Shown: positions 53,871 through 63,026 of the stretch, piece after piece | How the letters are laid out: each line of letters opens with the position of its first letter | Position numbering within the stretch: position 1 is the stretch's first letter | Source: Candidatus Rokuibacteriota bacterium | GTDB taxonomy: Bacteria; Methylomirabilota; Methylomirabilia; Rokubacteriales; CSP1-6 | Assembly: GCA_023248995.1 (NCBI GenBank) | Contig: JAHFDN010000013.1 | Location: 194 to 64,193, forward strand | Length of the DNA stretch: 64,000 bases | Direction: 5' to 3' | Position numbers and translations under genes: made by a program | Notes under the pieces: generated by a model | Databases searched by the model: none | The model's input: only the letters and a program-made list of their open reading frames with translations | What the model was told of the DNA's origin: nothing

Positions 53871-54599
53871 TCAGGCGCCCGGCGAGATTCCGCGGGCGAA
53901 GCGCCAGTCGAACGCCTGCACTTCGAGAAAGCCGAGCATCACCCCGAGACGACTCAGGGTGACCGGCTTGCGCAGGATGTCGAGGGCGCCGAGCGCCAGG
54001 CACTGGCCCGCCTCTTCCTCCGAGGCGATGCCCGACACCACCACGGAGGGCAGCCGCTGCTGGCGCTCCTTCAGGAGCCGGAGGAGCTGCACGCCACTCA
54101 TGCCCGGCAGGTAGACGTCCAGAATCATGGCGTCGGGATAGAAGCGGTCAACCATCTCGAGACCGGTCTCGGCGCTTTCGGCGACGAGGGGCTCGTGGCC
54201 CTGGCTGCGAATGAAGTCCGAAAAGACCTCCGCGACCCGACGCTCGTCTTCAACGACGAGCACTCTCAAGGGCTGTCGCGGGAGCAATGAGTCCACGACC
54301 TTTTGGATGCGCTCCACGGCCAACCGCTCCAGGTCCACGAACGAGAACGCCAGGCCGTTCGGGTCCTGGCGGATGATCAGGGAGGACACCGTGATCCCCG
54401 GAGGGCCGTCCGGCAGCTTGAAATTCAGGCGCACTCGGCGCCCGGGCTGGAGGTTGGCGTCGGTTTTCACCTTCACGCCGCCGGTGCTCAGGTTGAGGGA
54501 CTCCCCGTGCCACGTGCGGCCGGCGGCGTCTTCGAGCCTCACCGGGAACGCCACATCAACCCGTGGATACCTTCGGCGACCCAGCCCCATCTGCTTCAC
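53871..54599 (-). CDS. PilZ + receiver-domain protein
   Basis: RRRYPR and NLSTGG PilZ motifs; VLVVED, LDVYLPGMSG, RKP receiver motifs. Confidence 0.88.
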   Translation of the reverse strand: MKQMGLGRRRYPRVDVAFPVRLEDAAGRTWHGESLNLSTGGVKVKTDANLQPGRRVRLNFKLPDGPPGITVSSLIIRQDPNGLAFSFVDLERLAVERIQKVVDSLLPRQPLRVLVVEDERRVAEVFSDFIRSQGHEPLVAESAETGLEMVDRFYPDAMILDVYLPGMSGVQLLRLLKERQQRLPSVVVSGIASEEEAGQCLALGALDILRKPVTLSRLGVMLGFLEVQAFDWRFARGISPGA

Positions 54600-54635
54600 C
54601 TCGAATATGGAATTTTCAGGCTGCCCACGTGATTG

Positions 54636-54651
54636 AGCAATCGCCGTACCA
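54636..54651 (-). promoter_or_regulatory. Sigma-54 promoter of the PilZ-REC gene
   Basis: TGGTAC-GGCGA-TTGCT (GG-N10-GC) on the minus strand. Confidence 0.65.
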
Positions 54652-54806
54652 AGGGAACCGGCGGGGGGCTTCTAGCTCAAACCCCTCAGAATCCCGGGCT
54701 CTTACCCAACCGCCCATCGTGCTGGCCGGGAGCGAGAGCCGCCGCCTCCTGTCCTCTTCCTGAGCCAGTTCGTCATGAGGTTGCCACCGTGACCCCTCCT
54801 AAGGGG

Positions 54807-54835
54807 TTGACAGGTTTACATGGCCGGGTTACATT
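54807..54835 (+). promoter_or_regulatory. Sigma-70 promoter of the ATP-grasp gene
   Basis: TTGACA-17 bp-TACATT. Confidence 0.7.
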
Positions 54836-54868
54836 CTTTCTATCTAGATCGGGAAAGAGAACAATATC

Positions 54869-55870
54869 ATGAATTTGCCAGCCCTGGCGGCCCCCATCGG
54901 CATCCTGGATGAGCACCCCGAGTGGTCAAACCGCCTGATCGCGGAACTGGCCGGACGCCGCCTGCCCTTCGAGAAGATCGATCACGCCAACCACGCCTTC
55001 GATCCTCGGGTCCGGACGCCCCGCTATTCGGTCATCGTCAATCGCACGAGCCCTTCCTCTCACACCCGCGGGCACGGAAGCGTCCTGTTCTACGCCGAAG
55101 CGCTGCTAAGCCATTACGAGTCTCTCGGGGTCCCCGTCATCAACCCGGCGGCCGCCTACCGGTTCGAGAAATCCAAGGCTCTGCAGCTCGATCTGTTCGA
55201 ACGGCTCGGGGTCTCTTACCCGCGGGCCGTCGTCGTGAACCATCCGGACCAGGTGCAGAAGGCGCTCGATCGCCTCCGCTTCCCGGTGCTGGTCAAGCCC
55301 AATGTCGGCGGCTCCGGGGCGGGCATCCGGCGGTTCGGCACCCGCGCCGAGCTCGAGGCTGCCGTCCAGCACCTGGACTTCGGACCCGACGGGACGGCGC
55401 TCGTCCAGGAGTACGTCGAGCCGGAGGACGGCGCCATCACGCGCGTCGAGGTGATGGGGGGGGAGTATCTCTATGCCATCCGGATCGTGCGGGAGGCCGG
55501 CACCGGCTTCAATCTCTGCCCCGCGGACCTCTGCCAGTTGCCCGGCGAGCGCGCCGCGCCTCGGCAGCCCGAGTGGTCGGCGTGCCCGGAAACCGCCGTC
55601 GGCGGACCGACGTTGAGCGTCACGCGGGTGGAGGCCCCCAGAGAAGTCATCGACGCGGTGCTCCGCCTCGCCCGGGCCGCCTCCGTCGACATCGGGGGCG
55701 TGGAATACCTCGTTGGCGCGGCGAACGGGAAGATCTACTTCTACGATATCAACGCCACGTCGAACTTCGTCGCCAACGCTCCGGCCGTCCTGGGGTTCGA
55801 CCCGCTCCCGCGCTTCGCCGACTACATCGTCCAGGTCGCCTTAGGGCGCGGGAAGACCCTCGCTTCGTGA
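54869..55870 (+). CDS. ATP-grasp ligase (RimK/GshB-like)
   Basis: PVLVKPNVGGSGAG, LVQEYV, GGVEY, YDINATSNF. Confidence 0.85.
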   Translation: MNLPALAAPIGILDEHPEWSNRLIAELAGRRLPFEKIDHANHAFDPRVRTPRYSVIVNRTSPSSHTRGHGSVLFYAEALLSHYESLGVPVINPAAAYRFEKSKALQLDLFERLGVSYPRAVVVNHPDQVQKALDRLRFPVLVKPNVGGSGAGIRRFGTRAELEAAVQHLDFGPDGTALVQEYVEPEDGAITRVEVMGGEYLYAIRIVREAGTGFNLCPADLCQLPGERAAPRQPEWSACPETAVGGPTLSVTRVEAPREVIDAVLRLARAASVDIGGVEYLVGAANGKIYFYDINATSNFVANAPAVLGFDPLPRFADYIVQVALGRGKTLAS

Positions 55871-55875
55871 GCTGA

Positions 55876-56748
55876 TCACCGGCTCGGCGGCCTCTCCTGC
55901 ACGGCTTGTCTCCGCCGGGTTTCTCGCTCCTCCCGATCGAGCATCTTCGCGACCACCAGCAGAATGGGAATGAGGTACATGTGCCCGCTCGTCCACATGA
56001 TCCCGCCCGCCATCGCCTGGTCGTCGAGCGGGCTCAAGCCGAAGGACGGGCGAGGCCGGGCGTAATAAGGGTAGAGCAGCTGCTCCGGCAAGGCGATCAG
56101 TGCGCTCAGCAGCGTGTTCTGACCGGTGGCCGCGAGGAGGTAGAGGATGGCGAACCCGCGGGGCATCCGCTCGTGGAGCCGCGGCGCCGGCTCGATGATC
56201 GGCCACCAGAAAACAACCGCCGTTCCGAAGAAGGCCAGATGCTCTACATCGTGGAGGAGGTGGTCCCGAAGGGCGGCCTGATAGAGGACGGGGAGGTGCC
56301 AGAGCCAAAGGTTGAGGACGAAGAGCAGCCACGCGACCGGCATCAGCGTGACCGCCCAGAGCACCCGGCGCAGCGGCGCGTTGCGGGTAAGGAGGCGCCC
56401 CACCCGTCGCCTGAGCCGCCTCGGCAGCCCCCAGAGGCCGACCGGGAGCGGGTTCCCGAGCAGGAGCAGCGGCGCCGCCATCATCATCAACAGCAAGTGC
56501 TGGATCATGTGCGCGGACAGGAGTACCTCAGCCAGATCGTGGATCGGCGAGAGGAGGGCCACCGCCAGCGTCGCCAGGCCGATGAGGCAGGCGGCCAGCC
56601 GCCAAGCAGGCACGAGCTGCCGGTGCCCCGCGCCGCGAAGACGCCACCACCCGGACGCGTATACGCTTGCCAGGATCACCAGGACGAGGACCACCTCGGG
56701 GCGCCAGATCCAGGGGGCGAGCAGGAGTTGGCTCTCTTCAGGCTGCAT
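55876..56748 (-). CDS. ctaG: Cytochrome c oxidase assembly factor, Caa3_CtaG family
   Basis: SAHMIQHLLL..APLLLLG, WLWHLP.LY..AL, HDVEH, DQAMAGGIMW. Confidence 0.85.
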   Translation of the reverse strand: MQPEESQLLLAPWIWRPEVVLVLVILASVYASGWWRLRGAGHRQLVPAWRLAACLIGLATLAVALLSPIHDLAEVLLSAHMIQHLLLMMMAAPLLLLGNPLPVGLWGLPRRLRRRVGRLLTRNAPLRRVLWAVTLMPVAWLLFVLNLWLWHLPVLYQAALRDHLLHDVEHLAFFGTAVVFWWPIIEPAPRLHERMPRGFAILYLLAATGQNTLLSALIALPEQLLYPYYARPRPSFGLSPLDDQAMAGGIMWTSGHMYLIPILLVVAKMLDREERETRRRQAVQERPPSR

Positions 56749-56999
56749 GATTTCGACGAGCGGCGCTGACGGAGGGAATGAGATGATCGGAGTCCAGGGC
56801 GGGCCTCAGCGACGTCGGGGTCGACTCAGGACAACACTTCCCTGGCACATGCCGCCATAATAGTAGGAGACGTCCCCAGGGGAATCAAGCCGGGACGTGT
56901 TGTCTCGCCTATGACATTTTGGCCCACACCAGCTAAGGCACCGTCGGCGAGGCGTCGGCGAACCCCCTATCACGCATAGAATTTCTGGTGCCGAAGGCG

Positions 57000-57015
57000 T
57001 GGCATCTTCCTTGCT
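57000..57015 (+). promoter_or_regulatory. Sigma-54 promoter of the tandem-PilZ gene
   Basis: TGGCAT-CTTCC-TTGCT; TGT-N10-ACA at 56901-56916 upstream. Confidence 0.75.
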
Positions 57016-57070
57016 GATTCGGTCATCGGTAGCACATAGTCGGAGGGATTACCTCGCGACATAAGGAGAG

Positions 57071-57760
57071 ATGATGGGTCGAGACCGGCGACGATACCCT
57101 CGAGTCGGCACAACGCTGGCCGTATCGGTTGAGGCCACCGGGAGCCGCTGGCACGGGAAGACGGTGGACCTGAGCCCTTACGGGGTGAAAGTGACCCAAC
57201 CGCCGACACCGCTCAAGCTGGCTCCGGGGAGCAGCGTCCGGCTCGAGCTCAGCTTGCCCGATTCGGGCACGCCGCTCTGCCTGACGGCGAGCGTGGTCAG
57301 AACGGCGTCCGACGGCATCGCGCTCAACTTCGTCAACCCCGAAGCCGCGCACTTCGAGCGCCTGAAGGCCCTCGTCGACTCCCTTCTGGAGAGCCTGGCC
57401 GGCGGCGCACCGCCTGCCGGCGTCAGCGTCAAAATGACGAGGGAACGGCGAAAGAGCGCCCGGATTGACGCGGCGCTGGACATCAGCTTCGAGGCCGAGA
57501 AGCCTTACGATTGGAACGGCAAGACGATCAACCTGAGCCCCTACGGGGTGAAGGTCAACCTGGCAGCGTCGAGCATCCGGCCTTTGGAGGGAACGAGCGT
57601 TCAGCTCCAGCTCGTCGCGCCCGAGGCCCCCCCTCCCATCGCCATCAAGGGCATGGTCTGGCGGCGGGAGCCCAAGAGTACTATTCTCCTGTTCGTGGAC
57701 CTCCAGCGCGAGGAACTCGAACGACTCAAGTCGCTGGTCGAATCCCTGGCGCCGGCCTAG
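57071..57760 (+). CDS. Tandem PilZ-domain protein
   Basis: Two units: RRRYPR..DLSPYGVKV..ERLKALVDSL and RRKSAR..NLSPYGVKV..ERLKSLVESL; AAGGAG SD. Confidence 0.87.
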   Translation: MMGRDRRRYPRVGTTLAVSVEATGSRWHGKTVDLSPYGVKVTQPPTPLKLAPGSSVRLELSLPDSGTPLCLTASVVRTASDGIALNFVNPEAAHFERLKALVDSLLESLAGGAPPAGVSVKMTRERRKSARIDAALDISFEAEKPYDWNGKTINLSPYGVKVNLAASSIRPLEGTSVQLQLVAPEAPPPIAIKGMVWRREPKSTILLFVDLQREELERLKSLVESLAPA

Positions 57761-57798
57761 TTCCCCTGCGCCGCTCGACCGGCGCTCGCTTTTCCCCC

Positions 57799-57827
57799 TT
57801 GCGTCGCGCGAAGCCGATCATTATAGT
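57799..57827 (+). promoter_or_regulatory. Sigma-70 promoter
   Basis: TTGCGT-17 bp-TATAGT; ATG 11 nt later. Confidence 0.6.
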
Positions 57828-57838
57828 GGGCCCGACGG

Positions 57839-58210
57839 ATGGCTCCCGTTTTTCTCGTGGCGTTGCTCCTGGGGTTAGAGCCTGGCGAGGCAGCGCCGAC
57901 ATTTCCGTGGGCTTCCTTCCAGTCCATCCACCGGGAATACTCATTGGGCGAGGTCAACCTCTGTAACCCGCGAGACAGCCGGACGCGGATCACCGAGTTC
58001 TTCATCCAGCGCCCGCGCGGGTTCTACCGCCTCTGGGCGATGCTCCACGGTCGAGACTGGGTCGCGGTTCACTACGACGGGAGTGCCCGCCCGGACTGGG
58101 TCTGGCGCGGCGTCTGGTCGGGCGACGATCTCGTCGTCAGGTCGGTGGCGTCGTTCGATCCGGTCGCCCACGCCTCGGCGTGCGAGCTGCTCTTCGAACC
58201 ACGGCCGTAA
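57839..58210 (+). CDS. Hypothetical protein, probably exported
   Basis: Hydrophobic N-terminus, two Cys, Trp-rich; promoter directly upstream. Confidence 0.65.
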   Translation: MAPVFLVALLLGLEPGEAAPTFPWASFQSIHREYSLGEVNLCNPRDSRTRITEFFIQRPRGFYRLWAMLHGRDWVAVHYDGSARPDWVWRGVWSGDDLVVRSVASFDPVAHASACELLFEPRP

Positions 58211-58222
58211 ACCCGGCCGTTC

Positions 58223-59518
58223 ATGCGACTCGTCCCCGACCTCATCTTCACGGAGGGGGAATTCCGGCCCGCCCTGGCGCTGACGGTCTCCGACGGCGTG
58301 ATCGCCGGAGTGGAGCCCGCGGGCGCTCCCCGCCCGGGCGACCTCTCCCTTCCGAGGCGCGCGCTCCTCCCCGGCACCATCAACAGCCACTGCCACACGT
58401 TCCAGTCCCTCCTGCGCGGGCTGGGGGACGACCTCGACTTCGTCGCGTGGCGGGATCGCGTCCTCTACCCGTTCTCCGAGCGGCTGGACCGGGAGGCGCT
58501 CGCGCTCGGCGCCGCGTTCGCGTTCGCCGAGATGCTCCTCCACGGCGTGACGACGTGCGTGGACTTCTTCTACCTCCAGGACGACGGCAACGAGAACGCC
58601 GAAGCGGTCATCGGTGCGGCGCGGTCCGTGGGGATCCGCCTCGTGCTCGCGCGGGCCATGTACGATTGGCCGGGCGCGCCGAGGCGGTACCGGGAGACGC
58701 CCGCCGCCGCTCGGCGCCGGGTCCACGAGCTGATCGTCCGTCACCGCGACGATCCCGTGGTGCGGGTCCAGCCGGCCCCGCACAGCCCCCACGGGGCATC
58801 GGCCGAGATGATCCGAGCCGGCTGGGAAGTGGCGGAGGAGACCGGCACCCCGTTTCACATCCACGTCGCCGAGGCTCGCTACGAGGGCGAGCACACGCTC
58901 CGGGAGCACGGCGCCACGCCCGTGCGCTACCTGGAGCGGCTCGGAGTGCTCGGCCCGCGCCTGATCGGCGTGCACTGCGTCTGGCTCGACGACGCCGAGA
59001 TCGCGCTCATGGGCGCGCGCGGCGCCGCGCTCGCCTACTGCCCGAGCTCCAACATGTTCCTCGGCGACGGGATCACGCGGATCCCGGAGATGCTCCGGGC
59101 GGGCGTCCGGATCGGGCTCGGCACGGACGGGGGCTGCACGAACAACCGCCTCTCCATCTTCGAAGAGATGCGGATGACCTCGCTCCTCCAGCGGGTGCGC
59201 CTCCTCGATGGGGCGGCACTCCCCGCCGAGACCGTTTTCCGGATGGGGACCGAAGGGGGCGCGCAGCTCCTCGGTCTCGACGCCGGCGCGATCGTGGCCG
59301 GGCGCCTGGCGGATCTGGTCGCGCTCGACCTGGAGCACGTCTCGCTCAATCCGCCGACGGCGCTCCTCAAGAGCGTCGTCCACGCGATGTCGCCCCAGGC
59401 GATCACCGACGTCTGGGTCCACGGACGGCGCGTCGTGGAAGCCGGCCGGCTCACCACCACCGATCTCGCCGAGCTCCTGGGCCGCGTCCGCGCTCTCACG
59501 AGGGAGTGGCGCATCTGA
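58223..59518 (+). CDS. Metal-dependent amidohydrolase (nucleobase/SAH deaminase-like)
   Basis: PGTINSHCHTFQ, APHSP, HIHVAE, VHCV, GLGTDG. Confidence 0.9.
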   Translation: MRLVPDLIFTEGEFRPALALTVSDGVIAGVEPAGAPRPGDLSLPRRALLPGTINSHCHTFQSLLRGLGDDLDFVAWRDRVLYPFSERLDREALALGAAFAFAEMLLHGVTTCVDFFYLQDDGNENAEAVIGAARSVGIRLVLARAMYDWPGAPRRYRETPAAARRRVHELIVRHRDDPVVRVQPAPHSPHGASAEMIRAGWEVAEETGTPFHIHVAEARYEGEHTLREHGATPVRYLERLGVLGPRLIGVHCVWLDDAEIALMGARGAALAYCPSSNMFLGDGITRIPEMLRAGVRIGLGTDGGCTNNRLSIFEEMRMTSLLQRVRLLDGAALPAETVFRMGTEGGAQLLGLDAGAIVAGRLADLVALDLEHVSLNPPTALLKSVVHAMSPQAITDVWVHGRRVVEAGRLTTTDLAELLGRVRALTREWRI

Positions 59519-59533
59519 CGTCGGAGCGGCCGT

Positions 59534-60445
59534 CTACTCGCCCCTGAGGGTGGGATCGAGTATATCGCGGAGCCAGTCGCCCGTGCGGCTCACGACGAAT
59601 GACGTGACCATCAGGATGATCCCCGGCGTGGTCGAGATCCACCACGCGGTGTCCAGGTACTCGCGCCCCTCGTGGATCATCCCCCCCCAGGAGGGCGTGG
59701 GTGGCTGGATGCCGAGGCCGAGAAACGACAGCGTCGCCTCCAGCACGATGGCGCGCGCCAGCTCGAGCGTGGCGATCACGACGAAGGAGGACATCACGTT
59801 AGGCACGACGTGCCGGAGCAGGATCCGCCCCGCCGAGCCCCCCAGCCCCCGGATGGCGTCGACGAACTCCCGCGAGCGCAGCACGAGCACCTGCGACCGC
59901 AAGACCCGCGCGTAGGCGACCCACCCCGACAGGCCGACCACGACGATCAGGGTCGGGAAGCTCGGGCCCAGCACGGCGATGATGCCGATCGCGAGCAGGA
60001 TGAAGGGAAAGGCGAGCTGGGCGTCGGCGATGGTCATGATGACGTTGTCCACCCAGCCCCCGCGGAAGCCGGCCAGGAGGCCTAGCGTCCCGCCGACCAG
60101 GCCGCCCATCACCACCGCGGCAAAGCCTACGACGAGCGAGACGCGCGAGCCGTAGATCAGCCGCGAGAGCACGTCGCGGCCGAGGTGATCGGTCCCCAGA
60201 AGGTGCCCCTGCCCGTCGGGCCCGGTCAGCGCGGGCGCCGCGAGTCGCGTCCGGAGAGACTGGCGCACCGGATCGTACGGGGCGAGCGCCGGCGCCGCCA
60301 CGGCCACGACCCCGAGCAGGACCACGAAGACCATGCCCGCGAGCGCCAGCCAGGCGGCCCGGCGCCCGCGCGCGAAGGAGCGTGCCGAGACTGCCGGCAG
60401 CGGCCGCGCGTCAGTGGGAGCGAATACGGGGATCGAGGAGCCCAT
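59534..60445 (-). CDS. Dpp/Opp-type ABC permease (DppC-like); start uncertain
   Basis: HLLGTDHLGRDVLSRLIYGSRVSL, EATLSFLGLG, PSWG. Confidence 0.9.
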   Translation of the reverse strand: MGSSIPVFAPTDARPLPAVSARSFARGRRAAWLALAGMVFVVLLGVVAVAAPALAPYDPVRQSLRTRLAAPALTGPDGQGHLLGTDHLGRDVLSRLIYGSRVSLVVGFAAVVMGGLVGGTLGLLAGFRGGWVDNVIMTIADAQLAFPFILLAIGIIAVLGPSFPTLIVVVGLSGWVAYARVLRSQVLVLRSREFVDAIRGLGGSAGRILLRHVVPNVMSSFVVIATLELARAIVLEATLSFLGLGIQPPTPSWGGMIHEGREYLDTAWWISTTPGIILMVTSFVVSRTGDWLRDILDPTLRGE

Positions 60446-61337
60446 AGGACACGTCGACAAGGAAATTGATTACGACGAACATCGCCGCCGACAGGAACAC
60501 CGTGCACTGCACCACCGGATAGTCTCGGTTGTAGATGGACTGGATGGCCAGCCGCCCGATCCCGGGCCACGAGAACACGGTCTCCGTGACGACCGCACCG
60601 CCCAGCAGAGTGCCGAACTGGAGACCCGTGATCGTCACGATCGGGATCGCGGCGTTCTTCAGCGTGTGCTTGGCGACGACGAGCAACTCGGACAGCCCCT
60701 TGGCGCGGGCGGTCCGGATGTAGTCGGCGCGGAGGACTTCGAGGATGGCCGAGCGCGTGAGCCGCGCGATGGAGGCCATGGAAAAGGCGCCCAGAGTCAG
60801 CGCTGGGAGCACCAGATGTGTCCAGTCGCCGCGGCCGGACGTGGGGAAAAGCCCCGCTTTCAGCGAGAGGAGGAGGATGAACAGGATGCCAAGGAAAAAC
60901 GTCGGCGCAGACTGGCCTACCAGAGCCAGCCCCATGCTTGCGTGGTCCAGGAAGGAGTTCCGCCTCATCGCTGAGAGCAACCCGATGGGGACGGCGATGA
61001 CCACCGCGAGGCCGAAGGCCGTGAGCCCCAGCTCGAACGTCGCGGGCAGGTAGCCGAGGACCACTCGGAAGGCGGGCTCGCGGAAGTGGATGGAGCGCCC
61101 GAAGTCGCCGCGGGCGACGTTGCCGAGGAACACCCCGTACTGGGTGGGAAGCGGACGGTCGAGGCCCAGCTCGGCGCGCACCCGGAGGATCTCGCTGTGC
61201 GGGGCGTCAGGCGGCAGCAGGAGCGGCACCGGATCCCCGGAGAGCCGCATGACGACGAACACGACGGTGGACACCAGCCACAGCGCGATCAGCGCGCGGA
61301 AGAGCCGGTGACCCAGAAACGGTAGGAACCCGCGCAT
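60411..61337 (-). CDS. Dpp/Opp-type ABC permease (DppB-like)
   Basis: GDFGRS, YIRTARAKG, ETVFSWPGIG, DPRI. Confidence 0.92.
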   Translation of the reverse strand: MRGFLPFLGHRLFRALIALWLVSTVVFVVMRLSGDPVPLLLPPDAPHSEILRVRAELGLDRPLPTQYGVFLGNVARGDFGRSIHFREPAFRVVLGYLPATFELGLTAFGLAVVIAVPIGLLSAMRRNSFLDHASMGLALVGQSAPTFFLGILFILLLSLKAGLFPTSGRGDWTHLVLPALTLGAFSMASIARLTRSAILEVLRADYIRTARAKGLSELLVVAKHTLKNAAIPIVTITGLQFGTLLGGAVVTETVFSWPGIGRLAIQSIYNRDYPVVQCTVFLSAAMFVVINFLVDVSYGLLDPRIRSH

Positions 61338-61343
61338 GGGAAG

Positions 61344-61372
61344 GGCCCGGGGCCCTGCGCGGGCCCCGGGCC
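61344..61372 (-). other. Perfect 12-bp intercistronic hairpin after the SBP gene
   Basis: GGCCCGGGGCCC-tgcgc-GGGCCCCGGGCC; no U-tract. Confidence 0.6.
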
Positions 61373-61380
61373 GACTGCGT

Positions 61381-62928
61381 CTAGGCGCGGTGGAACTTGA
61401 AGTTGAAGCGGCGGATCTCGAACTGCTGGTTGGGGTTGGGTGTCCACTCCACGTACTTCTGGACGCCGTAGTCCTCGTACGGCTGGATCACGGGGATCCA
61501 CGGGAAGTTCTCGAGGAAGATCTTGGTCATCTCCCGATAGGCCCCGCCCCGGAACTTCTCATCGACCGAGAAGCGGGCAGCGTTTCCCAGCTCGTCGAAG
61601 CGCGGCTGACGCCAGTAGTCCTGGGGCCCGCCGGGGCCCAGGAGGCGCCACATCATGCCGTCAGGATCTCCGAGGGTGGAGGTGGGGTCCGACCAGAACA
61701 TCCCCTTGAAGCTCTTCTCGCGGTTCTTCTGGGCCCGGACCGAGTACTCAATGACCTCCACCTTGGCGTTGATCCCGGCATCCCGCCACATGGCCACGAT
61801 CGCTTCAGCCATCGTCTTGTCGTTGGAGACGTAGGCGACTGTCGTCTCAATGAACACCTCCTCGTTCTTGTAGCCGGCTTTCTTCAGGCGCTCGCGCGCC
61901 TCCGTTGGGTTATAGGCAAGCGGCGGGAGGGAGGGGTCGAAGTGATTGTCCCCCTTCGCGATGGGGCCGCTCGGCACGATGCCACGGCCGCGCCAGAGCT
62001 CCTTGACGATTGCGTCCCGGTCGATGGCGAGCGAGAGCGCCTGCTTGACGAGTGGGTTGTCCAACGGCGGGCGCTTGCTGTTGACGGCGAGAACGTAGAG
62101 CCCGGCGTAGAGGGCACCCTGAACCTTTGTCGCGGAGTTGCCGGCCACCCGTTCACCGTGATCCGGCGGGAGCTGGGTAATGACATCCACCTCGCCCTTC
62201 AGAAGGGCGGCGATCCGCGGCGCCGCCTCGGGGATCGAACGAACGACCACCCGGTCCGCATCGATCTTGCCGCCCCAGTAGGCGGGGTTCGCCTCGAGCA
62301 CCAGCTTATCGTCCTTCACCCACGACACGAAGCGCACGGGGCCCGTGCCCACGGGCTTGGCGTTGAACGCGTCGTTACCGACCGCCTCCAGGTACTTCTT
62401 GGGGACGACCTGGCCGCCGTAGAAAGCCAGCCGCGCGGGGAGCAAGGGGTCGGGCTTCTTAGTATGGATGACCAGCGTCAAGGGATCGGGCGCCTCGATC
62501 CGGTCAATTGTGCTGAGAGCGGTGGCGACCATGGTCTTGGCGGCGGCATCGTACGTCCGCTCGATGCTGAACTTGGCGTCAGCGGACGTGAACGGATCGC
62601 CGTTGTGCCATTTCACGCCCGGGCGAAGCTTGAACCGATAGGTCGTCTGACCCTCGAGCTTCCACTCGGTGGCGAGCCCGGGGTAGAGCTTGCCGTTAGG
62701 GTGGCGACTGGTGAGGTTGTCGAAGATGTTGAACGAGACGCGGATGTCGTTGGAGGACGTGCTGAAGTGGGGGTCGAACTTCGAGATGTCACCCCCCTGT
62801 GCGACGACGAGCTCGCGCTTCTTGGTCGTCTGCGCCTGGGCCGACCCGCTCAGAATGTGGGGAAGCGCTCCCGCCGCCCCGAGACCGGCCATGCCCTTGA
62901 GGACTTCGCGTCGGGTCAGCTCGATCAT
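61381..62928 (-). CDS. Family-5 ABC substrate-binding protein with Tat signal
   Basis: LTRREVLK; PGLATEW, FKLRPGVKWHNG, PVGTGP; GGAGG before ATG 62928. Confidence 0.92.
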   Translation of the reverse strand: MIELTRREVLKGMAGLGAAGALPHILSGSAQAQTTKKRELVVAQGGDISKFDPHFSTSSNDIRVSFNIFDNLTSRHPNGKLYPGLATEWKLEGQTTYRFKLRPGVKWHNGDPFTSADAKFSIERTYDAAAKTMVATALSTIDRIEAPDPLTLVIHTKKPDPLLPARLAFYGGQVVPKKYLEAVGNDAFNAKPVGTGPVRFVSWVKDDKLVLEANPAYWGGKIDADRVVVRSIPEAAPRIAALLKGEVDVITQLPPDHGERVAGNSATKVQGALYAGLYVLAVNSKRPPLDNPLVKQALSLAIDRDAIVKELWRGRGIVPSGPIAKGDNHFDPSLPPLAYNPTEARERLKKAGYKNEEVFIETTVAYVSNDKTMAEAIVAMWRDAGINAKVEVIEYSVRAQKNREKSFKGMFWSDPTSTLGDPDGMMWRLLGPGGPQDYWRQPRFDELGNAARFSVDEKFRGGAYREMTKIFLENFPWIPVIQPYEDYGVQKYVEWTPNPNQQFEIRRFNFKFHRA

Positions 62929-62964
62929 AGGGACCTCCCTGGTCACATCGTGTAGGGTGGGAGG

Positions 62965-62993
62965 ATTCTAGTGGGTCCGCCGGGGCCTGTCAA
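62965..62993 (-). promoter_or_regulatory. Sigma-70 promoter of the Dpp-type operon
   Basis: TTGACA-17 bp-TAGAAT on the minus strand. Confidence 0.75.
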
Positions 62994-63026
62994 GCGACGG
63001 GGGGCGGTGATACAATTGAGAGCCGG

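Noticed and set aside
56806..56850. 14-codon minus-strand ORF (MCQGSVVLSRPRRR) upstream of ctaG as a leader peptide
   Set aside because: Too short, with no SD or attenuator structure to support it.
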